Source: a bacterium (GTDB lineage Bacteria > Hinthialibacterota > Hinthialibacteria > Hinthialibacterales > Hinthialibacteraceae). From it: a stretch of 15,608 nucleotides of DNA. The stretch covers positions 1 to 15,608 of the forward strand of contig CAXXSM010000156.1 of NCBI GenBank assembly GCA_963663405.2, read 5' to 3'. How positions within the stretch are numbered: position 1 is the stretch's first letter; each line of letters opens with the position of its first letter. Below the pieces are notes generated by a model. The model was not told the origin of the DNA. It worked only from the letters and a program-made list of their open reading frames with translations, and made no database searches. Positions 8,396 to 15,438 of the stretch are shown in pieces. A program made the position numbers and the translations under genes.

Positions 8396-10510
8396 TTATT
8401 TTTTCTCAGAAGTATCGGCGTTCCCTTCCTCCACCGGCTTTGTTTCTTCTTTCGCGGCTTCGGGAGCGTTGAACCAGTCTTTAAACTGGGCGCATTGTTT
8501 GATCAGAGGGACAACGTCTTCTTTCAGAAGATAGCGGTCTCTATACAAAAGATTGGCGTGAGCTTCGTATTTCGTAACATAATCCGCATAACTTTCGTAC
8601 CGCTCTTCGATAGAGAGGCGTGGATCACCGGTACGTTCCCGTTCGGTTTTGGTTTTAGGGAAGGGGAAATAGGCTCCGGCGAGATTCACCAATTCATTCT
8701 CAGCGCCCACAGCGGCGGTCCGCAGGTTCCAACCCGTATACGTAGCCAGTGGAACCGCCAGTTCCGGCATGCGCAAACCCGCCACGGCGTTCCCGTCCCG
8801 ATCTGTTATGGGAACTTTTACTCTATAATCTCCCTTAGCGATCGGGGGTTGAATGGTAATGATCCCTTTCGCTAAAAAATCAGGGCCGTAGTCAAAGCAG
8901 GACGGCGTCTGGATGACCTGCGGGAACCAAACACCAGGGATACTGGGAAACCCCACTGACGCTTGCGCCCAATCCACTAGAGTTGTATCCGCGATTGTGG
9001 GATAGGCGCTTGGTGGAGGCGCTTTGCCTTCCCGAATCCATTGATCCATCGCTTTCAGCAAAGCGCGGTAGAACGGACGCACATCGAGCGGATTGCTGAG
9101 ATATTTTTTGTCCGTTGCTTGTTTCGCGGGATGTGTTCCGAAACCATGCTGCGCTCCCGCGAGATAATAAAACCGGACATTATCAGGAACCGGCGTGTCC
9201 GTCTCTCCTAATGGATCTGTGTGAGAGAGTGAAGCGCTGCGGCTCCAATAATCGGAGGAAGTGTCAATATGAAAGATTTTTGGAACCGCTTCCGTATCCG
9301 TCGTTTTATGAATGATTCCCGCTGTTTGTTTCGTAAATGGATCGGTGGATTCACCATAGGTGAATGGAAACCGGTCGGCGGGAAAGGAATGACCGAAATG
9401 CTGCATGTTGGTCCATGTGGGAGTAGCGAACCGGTGGTTGAAGCAGCCACGCCCGGCGCCCGCTGAGACTGGCAGCAATCCATCAAACACGATCTGTCCG
9501 TCCTCATCCGTGTTGAATCCCTGGTAAAGAAAATCCCGCAAAAAACGGCCGGATTGAGAAACGCCGAATCCATACGCGAACGGCGCCCCCACAGTGTTCT
9601 CTTCCAACAACAGTGGATTTTGGGGATCGCCGCTCCGGCGCAGCCAAGAGACTAAATCCCGCGCCGCCGCGAATCCGAGCCCCATCACGAGGGGCCCCTT
9701 TCCTTCGTAAATCAGTTCATAGATATAACCTGGTTGGAATCCAGCAGGGAGGCGCAGTTTCACCAACGGGAGAACCTGAGTTCCTTGAATCGCCTCCGCA
9801 GGGATGACGGAAAAGGACCACTGTTCTTTTGGAATGGGAACGCGGGGATCTTTTTCCCGCAGGCGCCACGTGAGAATCGATTCGTTAAGTCCCCGTTCCG
9901 TCGGCTCGTAAGAACCATGAACGGTATCCCATTGGATGGGTAACTCATCAACCGGTTCATCAGTAACCATTTCGCTCCGGATCAAGCCGGTCACATCGTT
10001 TCCGTCCTCGGTCACTAATGGGGCGTGCAATCGAAGACGTCCATCTCCCGGTTGAATTTCCGCGTTCCAGCCGCTCCACACAAGGGTGTATCCCTCCTGC
10101 ATGAGAAACGCGTTTCCCGCTTCTTCCAGCGCATTGGCGTTCCCCCCGGCTTCATTGAAAAACCGTAGAGCGACTTTATTGCCGCGATTGTTGACATCAT
10201 AAAGAATCACCCCGTTCCCTTTACGCAGGTCCATGGGTTTGAGAATACAGATATCCGAAAAGAAATAGACGAGTCCTTCCTCGTCCACTGAAATTTTATC
10301 AAGATCGATAATGGGCTGGTTGGCTGGGTGTTTAGGATTGGCGGCGAAGGCCGCGCGTCCTTGGATGATTTCATACACCCCTGTTTTACCAAAAGCGGCG
10401 CCCGCCGCGAAAGGCCGCCGGTCTGTGATTTCAAAATCCGTCAACCGTGCCTGCGCCGTATAAGAAATTAAAAACAATAGAATCGCTGAACAACACGAAT
10501 ACCACCGCAT
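8396..10510 (-). CDS. Secreted alpha/beta hydrolase domain-containing protein (Abhydrolase_10-like)
   Basis: Sec signal ending AQA; YDVNNRG, GYTLVWSGW, GLGFAAARD, nucleophile elbow GFGVSQSGRFLR, SSDYW, YYLAGAQH, DGNAVAGLR.PEL.VPLATYTGWN and DPRLSIEERY. Confidence 0.85.
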   Translation of the reverse strand: MRWYSCCSAILLFLISYTAQARLTDFEITDRRPFAAGAAFGKTGVYEIIQGRAAFAANPKHPANQPIIDLDKISVDEEGLVYFFSDICILKPMDLRKGNGVILYDVNNRGNKVALRFFNEAGGNANALEEAGNAFLMQEGYTLVWSGWNAEIQPGDGRLRLHAPLVTEDGNDVTGLIRSEMVTDEPVDELPIQWDTVHGSYEPTERGLNESILTWRLREKDPRVPIPKEQWSFSVIPAEAIQGTQVLPLVKLRLPAGFQPGYIYELIYEGKGPLVMGLGFAAARDLVSWLRRSGDPQNPLLLEENTVGAPFAYGFGVSQSGRFLRDFLYQGFNTDEDGQIVFDGLLPVSAGAGRGCFNHRFATPTWTNMQHFGHSFPADRFPFTYGESTDPFTKQTAGIIHKTTDTEAVPKIFHIDTSSDYWSRSASLSHTDPLGETDTPVPDNVRFYYLAGAQHGFGTHPAKQATDKKYLSNPLDVRPFYRALLKAMDQWIREGKAPPPSAYPTIADTTLVDWAQASVGFPSIPGVWFPQVIQTPSCFDYGPDFLAKGIITIQPPIAKGDYRVKVPITDRDGNAVAGLRMPELAVPLATYTGWNLRTAAVGAENELVNLAGAYFPFPKTKTERERTGDPRLSIEERYESYADYVTKYEAHANLLYRDRYLLKEDVVPLIKQCAQFKDWFNAPEAAKEETKPVEEGNADTSEKK

Positions 10511-10582
10511 TACACTTCTCCGTCATAAAAACACATTTTATATAAAAATGAGTTTCTGATAATTTCTCGTTTGAAATATCTC

Positions 10583-10636
10583 CCGCGACTCATTTTCATC
10601 TGCACATTATGTTCTCAATCATGATGGTTTATATGA
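10583..10636. repeat. 54-bp imperfect direct repeat, copy A (internal hairpin; 11-bp inverted repeats at 10589-10599 and 10633-10643)
   Basis: 45/54 ungapped identities with 10711-10764 by manual alignment. CTCATTTTCAT and ATGAAAATGAG are exact reverse complements. Confidence 0.85.
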
Positions 10637-10642
10637 AAATGA

Positions 10643-10703
10643 GCATGTAGGATGGGCTAAATACCTGCATGTAGGGTGGGCTAAAAGCGAAGCGTAGCCC
10701 ACC
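10643..10703 (+). repeat. GTAG-type REP element (10671-10703) preceded by a truncated duplicate of its left arm
   Basis: GTAG + GGTGGGCTA-AAAGCGAAGCG-TAGCCCACC (9-bp perfect stem). GCATGTAGGATGGGCTAAA (10643-10661) matches GCATGTAGGGTGGGCTAAA (10667-10685) at 18/19. Confidence 0.8.
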
Positions 10704-10710
10704 GTAACTA

Positions 10711-10764
10711 CCGCAACTCATTTTCATTTTCACGTTGTGATCTCAATCACGATCGTTTATTTGA
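10711..10764. repeat. 54-bp imperfect direct repeat, copy B
   Basis: See copy A. Contains CTCATTTTCAT (10717-10727) and the hairpin GTGAT-CTCA-ATCAC; the right inverted repeat is degenerate. Confidence 0.85.
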
Positions 10765-10860
10765 GTTTATTCTAAAGGAATCTTCGTTCAACCGGCTCAC
10801 CGGCGTCTTTCTTCCAAAGTGATTATGCCTTTTATAAATTAAACGGCTCTTCACTCGGAT

Positions 10861-11853
10861 TTATTCAATCCCGTGCAGTTTTCGGCCTATCGGCCCATCG
10901 AATTGGTTCGTCGTTTTAAACGGCTCATATTTCCCATCTTTCGCCGCGTCTTTTGTCCGTTCAAGAAGAGCTGTTCGTTGGGCCATTGTCATAGGCTGAA
11001 GGGTTCGCGCGGTTTCAGCGTTGGCGCGGAGGAGTTTAAGCGAATTCATCCCTGATATGACGGTGGAGACCGGCAAACTCAGCGCATAACGAAGCGCTTC
11101 GTCAGCGGTCACAGTCTCTGTAAGCAGGACGTTTCCCGACGCCAAGGATTTCATGCCCAACACACCGATTCGCCGTTCCAGACAAACCGGCAATATGGTC
11201 TGTTCGAAACTGCGGAAATGCGCGTCCAATACGCTGAGCGGCATCTGAACCACGTCCCAATCAAAGTCATAACTGAGCATCTTGAGCAAGTATTTTGGAT
11301 CTTTGTGGCCCGTGAAACCAATGAAACGCGCTTTTCCTGATTTCTTCGCCTCGATCGCCGCTTCAATGCCGCCGCCTTTCGCGAAGATCATTTCTGGATC
11401 TTTCTCGTAGACGATCTCATGGAACTGCCAAAGATCGATCGTATCCGTTTGGAGGCGCCGCAGACTGTCTTCAAGGTGTTTCATCGCGGTCTTTTTATCA
11501 CGTCCGTGATGTTTTGTCATGAGGAACGCTTTCTCGCGGCGGCCTTTCAGCGCTTTCCCCATGATCTCTTCTGAATGGCCCTGGTGGTATTCCCAGGCGT
11601 TATCCATAAATGTGACACCCATGTCCACCGCTTCCTGCACGAGGCGAATCGCCTCGCTGTCATCCCGGATAGCGCCCACGTGATATCCGCCAACGCCCAG
11701 GATGGAAACATTCTCCCCCGTCTTGCCCAATGGGCGTATTGGTATTTCACCAGAAGAAGAAGCGAAACAATTCGGAGCGGCGCCGGCGGCGAGGATTCCG
11801 GCGGCGGTTTGTTGTAAGAAAGCGCGGCGTGTGGATGGCTTTCGATAATTCAT
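10861..11853 (-). CDS. Aldo/keto reductase with twin-arginine (Tat) signal peptide
   Basis: STRRAFLQ plus a hydrophobic stretch; RPLGKTGENVSILGVGG; catalytic tetrad D/Y in FMDNAWEY, K in FLMTK, H in WQFHE; SLRRLQTDTIDL; GKARFIGFTGH. GGGAG RBS upstream. Confidence 0.92.
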   Translation of the reverse strand: MNYRKPSTRRAFLQQTAAGILAAGAAPNCFASSSGEIPIRPLGKTGENVSILGVGGYHVGAIRDDSEAIRLVQEAVDMGVTFMDNAWEYHQGHSEEIMGKALKGRREKAFLMTKHHGRDKKTAMKHLEDSLRRLQTDTIDLWQFHEIVYEKDPEMIFAKGGGIEAAIEAKKSGKARFIGFTGHKDPKYLLKMLSYDFDWDVVQMPLSVLDAHFRSFEQTILPVCLERRIGVLGMKSLASGNVLLTETVTADEALRYALSLPVSTVISGMNSLKLLRANAETARTLQPMTMAQRTALLERTKDAAKDGKYEPFKTTNQFDGPIGRKLHGIE

Positions 11854-12033
11854 AATGAATCGCTCCCATTCGAATTGGTTTTACCCACGGAGAGGTGACG
11901 TGAATTGTGTGGTGGAGATGCAGGAATCCCACACTTCCACTACAGCATATTACATGGAGACGGATGGAGAATATAGAGGGGATAGCTCACTTAATCCTCC
12001 TCCGAATCGGAACGTAAACAAACGCCTATATAG

Positions 12034-12066
12034 CAAGACCGCACAGCTTCACGCCGTGCGGTCTTG
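12034..12066 (-). terminator. Strong hairpin after the CBM9-like gene (terminator or stabilising stem-loop, possibly bidirectional)
   Basis: CAAGACCGCAC / GTGCGGTCTTG 11-bp perfect stem, 14 bp on the minus strand with one G-U and a GUGAA loop, 24 nt past the stop at 12091. The U-tract is poor. Confidence 0.6.
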
Positions 12067-12090
12067 ATTGTTCATATTTGAACTTACTAT

Positions 12091-13575
12091 TTAGTAAAGT
12101 TCCCAGGCGTTGACGGGAACTGGCGGTCCACCAAGAATCAACGCTCCATAGCACCGCTCCCGGTGCGACGGTCCATTCCACATCAACTGATAATCCCGGT
12201 CATCCTCGACTTCTTCATTATCATCTTCATTGATCGAAATATTGAAGCCGATGATTTCCGTATCGGCGGGCGTGAAGAACGATTCCTTCACAAAACGGAA
12301 TTCAATTAGGTATCCATCATCGGTGTTTTGCGTTGCGGCGTACCAATCGTCATCTTCCGACTCCCCAAAAAAGAGTTCCGCGTTGCCGCGTTGGGCGGCG
12401 TTCGCGGTCATAACGAGTTGCGCGCCTACGCCGTAACCATAATTTGTTCCCTCGGCGCGGCTGTAATCCCCATCCAAGAAGACCTCGACGGAGTCGTCCC
12501 ACCAAGTGTTTCCTTCAGCGGAACCAGGCTCTTCTGAGTCCGTTACCACTTCACTGTCCGTAACATCCACGGCGACGTATAAATAGGTTTCGTCATGAAG
12601 CACATAGAACTCAAAGGAGAGATCTTCCATGCTGCTAGGGTAGACCGCTGGTTGAGAGGGGCCTTCAAAGGGATTACTCCAGCCTGTGTCCGCGCTCGCC
12701 CAGGCTGCTTCGTCCATCTTCCCATCAAGAACGATTTCCGAGTCGATCAATGGAGCGGTCACCTCGCGGCGTCCGAAATAGAGATCGCCGTATGTGCTCT
12801 CATCATGGGCCAGGCCCACCCATCGTAATTGTCGGTCCGCTTCACCGGAAGAGTAGTCGTCCGCGTCGTTGACAGCGATATTAAAGCCGATGGTATCGCC
12901 TTTGACCGGATTGCCGATTTTGGATAATTTAAACCGAAACTCATAATTGAAACCAGTAAAAGAATCATTATCATAAACCGATCCATACCATTCATCATCC
13001 GGCCCTTCTCCGAAGGATGGGTCACCGGCTTCTTTATCACGTCGCGCGCCACCGGATGTGAGCACAAACTGCCCGCCCGTGGCGTATTCTTCGGGATGAT
13101 CGTTCACATTCCCTTCCACACCGTTGTTGTTGCCATCGATGAATATTTCGACGGAGTCTTCCGTCCAGGTTTCCCCGTCTTCCTCACCCTCCGCGAGACG
13201 CTGCACCATATCATAATCGATGACTTCGACCGCGACGTAGAGATATTCATCATCATAGACGGTCCAAACCCGGAACGACAAATCATTGGCGTCAATGGGT
13301 TCGGTTCCTTCCAGCACGCCCGGTTGACTGAACTCACTCTCATCGAGATCGATCTGATATTGGATCCACCAGTTATTTAAGGTGCTGGTTGGCCCTGTTC
13401 CCTGAGCGGAATACGTCCAAGCGTCATCATCCAGGATTCCATCCAGGATCGGCGCTTCAATCCCTTCATAATCAGGGAGATAATGCGTGATCTGCGTTCG
13501 GGGGGGCAGGTCCTGCGTGAATGCGGATAGAGCGCCAAACAGCGCGCAAATGCAAAAAATACTGATCCGGCTCAT
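12091..13575 (-). CDS. Secreted acidic protein with two tandem CBM9/DOMON-like sugar-binding domains
   Basis: AAGGA RBS favours ATG 13575 (MSRISIFCICALFGALSAFT signal peptide) over the TTG at 13653. Two copies of LDG..D..AW / D..YLYVAV.V.D / DSVE.F.DG / EFRF / IGFNI..N..D / YG.L. Confidence 0.85.
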   Translation of the reverse strand: MSRISIFCICALFGALSAFTQDLPPRTQITHYLPDYEGIEAPILDGILDDDAWTYSAQGTGPTSTLNNWWIQYQIDLDESEFSQPGVLEGTEPIDANDLSFRVWTVYDDEYLYVAVEVIDYDMVQRLAEGEEDGETWTEDSVEIFIDGNNNGVEGNVNDHPEEYATGGQFVLTSGGARRDKEAGDPSFGEGPDDEWYGSVYDNDSFTGFNYEFRFKLSKIGNPVKGDTIGFNIAVNDADDYSSGEADRQLRWVGLAHDESTYGDLYFGRREVTAPLIDSEIVLDGKMDEAAWASADTGWSNPFEGPSQPAVYPSSMEDLSFEFYVLHDETYLYVAVDVTDSEVVTDSEEPGSAEGNTWWDDSVEVFLDGDYSRAEGTNYGYGVGAQLVMTANAAQRGNAELFFGESEDDDWYAATQNTDDGYLIEFRFVKESFFTPADTEIIGFNISINEDDNEEVEDDRDYQLMWNGPSHRERCYGALILGGPPVPVNAWELY

Positions 13576-13624
13576 CGTCATTTCCTTTCTTATTGTTTCA
13601 ATTTGGCAATCAAATCGCTCTTCG

Positions 13625-13653
13625 AAAATACAATATTGCCAAAAGTATTTCAA
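13625..13653 (-). promoter_or_regulatory. Candidate sigma70-type promoter for the CBM9-like gene
   Basis: Minus strand TTGAAA (13653-13648), 17 nt, TATTTT (13630-13625), about 50 nt upstream of ATG 13575. Confidence 0.4.
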
Positions 13654-13705
13654 TACCTAAAAGGAAATAATAACCTTTTTTAATTACTACGTTGGATCAC
13701 TTTTT

Positions 13706-15145
13706 TTAAGAACCAGGGACGTACATATCCTGCCACGTCAGACCGCATTCCTTCACCATATCCAAACTGTATTCCAATCGGCCTAGATCGGGGCCTCCAT
13801 TATTCGTCCCCATTGTAAATTTAACGCCGGCCTTTTTCGCGCGTTTGATAAAAGCGGCGCTGGGAAGGCGGTAACGCGCGTTGATCTCAATCGCGACCTT
13901 ATTCTTTACTGCGGCGTTGATCACTTTCATCATCCGTTCTTCGGTCCACAATTCATCGTAATCCTCCGCGATACAAGCAGGCAGAAACGTTGGATTGACA
14001 TAGATATTAATCGGCTCATCGCTAAGGACCGATTCAATCCGTTTCACGTACATCTCCATAAACGCTTGCTTATCCTCGATCTCTACTTCAGCGGGTATCC
14101 ATAAATGAACTCGTTTCCCGTTGTCATCGGTGAAAGTCATCGCGTCAGTGAAGACGTAGTCAAACTTGGCGATCGCTTCTTTAGAAAACATATTCACCCA
14201 TTCGCGCCCTTCAGCCTGCATACCAAGAAAGACCGGTTTATCTTTCATTTCTTCGATAAACTGGTCGATTCCCGCGTCATCTTGAATGGGAAAACCGAGT
14301 CCACAATTCGGCGCGACACCATAGAAAATTCCCACCTTACGGGAATTCTCCAGCGCTTCTTCAATAGTCAATCCACCTTTTAAATGCGTATGCAGATCAA
14401 GAACGGGGAAATTATCGCCGGAGAGTTGAATGATCTGCTTGTATCGCTCATCCACCACCGGCGGTTCACCATCCGATTCGAGATCGTCCGGCAAAGGTTT
14501 CACACGGATATTCTTATACATCGCCGTACTTTCAGGATCGTGGGCTTGAAACGCGAAGGTCCCCCGGCTGAGACGCCAGTTTTTATGGTAGTCATCGCGG
14601 ACCGGCTGCGCGGGTTCGGTGTAATCGACAAGCAGCGTATCATTGACACGGATTTGAATCCGCTTTCCGATCACAGTGATATGGACGTTGAACCATTCAT
14701 TATCCTTGACCACCGCTTTGTAGACATTGCGAATCCCATAGAGGCTGCCGGTCTTTTTCAGTTCCTTATAATCCCCGTGTTGGATTTGAGAGTTATTAAC
14801 CTGGATTTCGTAGCCGGTAGACGGCCAACCCGTTTCCTGAAATTTCGTATGGATATAAATCCCCGAATTCGCCCCCGGTTTCGTCATCACATCCGCCTGA
14901 AATTCAAAATTCTTAAACGCGGCGTTCTGCGTCTCACCGGAATAAAACAGATGCGACCGCGGTCCATTACAAACAATCGCCCCATCCCGAACGATAAAAG
15001 ATCCCGGATTCTCATTCACAGTCCAACACTCTAAATTCTCCCCATTAAACAGAGAAATCCACCCCTCCTCCACCCCAAATCCAACAGGCCCCCAACAAAA
15101 ACAAATAACACTCAAAACAGATAGAAAAATCATAACATGTTTCAT
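13706..15145 (-). CDS. Secreted DUF1080 (3-keto-disaccharide hydrolase/lyase-like) domain fused to a PHP-like barrel
   Basis: AAGGAAAGGT RBS before ATG 15145 and a signal peptide. DUF1080 motifs GWISLFNG, NSGIY, GYEIQVN, KTGSLYG, AFQAHD, YKNIRVKPL. C-terminal half has DLHTH, MQAEG, FDYV, AIEINAR, GVKFTMGTN. Confidence 0.88.
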   Translation of the reverse strand: MKHVMIFLSVLSVICFCWGPVGFGVEEGWISLFNGENLECWTVNENPGSFIVRDGAIVCNGPRSHLFYSGETQNAAFKNFEFQADVMTKPGANSGIYIHTKFQETGWPSTGYEIQVNNSQIQHGDYKELKKTGSLYGIRNVYKAVVKDNEWFNVHITVIGKRIQIRVNDTLLVDYTEPAQPVRDDYHKNWRLSRGTFAFQAHDPESTAMYKNIRVKPLPDDLESDGEPPVVDERYKQIIQLSGDNFPVLDLHTHLKGGLTIEEALENSRKVGIFYGVAPNCGLGFPIQDDAGIDQFIEEMKDKPVFLGMQAEGREWVNMFSKEAIAKFDYVFTDAMTFTDDNGKRVHLWIPAEVEIEDKQAFMEMYVKRIESVLSDEPINIYVNPTFLPACIAEDYDELWTEERMMKVINAAVKNKVAIEINARYRLPSAAFIKRAKKAGVKFTMGTNNGGPDLGRLEYSLDMVKECGLTWQDMYVPGS

Positions 15146-15216
15146 AAACTTATACCTTTCCTTATTCGATGAGGTCAATCAATCTTTCACGAACGATGGA
15201 CATACCCATGAGTCCA

Positions 15217-15438
15217 TCAGCTCTTCGTTACGTTTCTTTTAAATTCATCATTCGCCAATTCCATCAACATTCGTAAAGCATGATTCACAGATTCTGAATC
15301 TTTAAAAACCTGCGCAACGTCGGATTCCAAGAAAACAACATTTGTTCCTTGTTGGTAGGCTCGATAGTGTTTTCCACGTACACCATCAGAAAAATCGTAT
15401 TCAGACCGCATTGTATTTTTTTCAGTGGTTTCGCTCAT
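15217..15438 (-). CDS. Putative antitoxin (BrnA-like partner of BrnT)
   Basis: 73 aa; MRSEYDFS.GVRGK.Y and L..DVA..F.DSESVN.ALR.L pattern; start overlaps the toxin 3' end by 17 nt. Confidence 0.75.
   Translation of the reverse strand: MSETTEKNTMRSEYDFSDGVRGKHYRAYQQGTNVVFLESDVAQVFKDSESVNHALRMLMELANDEFKRNVTKS

Noticed and set aside
8360-8875. 171-aa + strand ORF
   Set aside because: Antisense shadow of the hydrolase 3' end, with no motif or RBS.
10537-10764. CRISPR array or integron attC sites
   Set aside because: Only two long imperfect copies, no regular repeat-spacer period, no cas or integrase gene, and no complementary RYYYAAC/GTTRRRY ends.
11855-12067. 70-aa + strand ORF in the AKR/CBM9 intergenic region
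   Set aside because: Starts 2 nt from the divergent AKR start, has no RBS, runs through the terminator hairpin and shows no motif.
13576-13653. Longer TTG start for the CBM9-like gene (likewise the 15178 start for DUF1080)
   Set aside because: The extensions precede clear signal peptides, and RBSs lie just before ATG 13575 and ATG 15145.
14384-15034. 216-aa + strand ORF
   Set aside because: Antisense shadow of the DUF1080 domain, with atypical composition.
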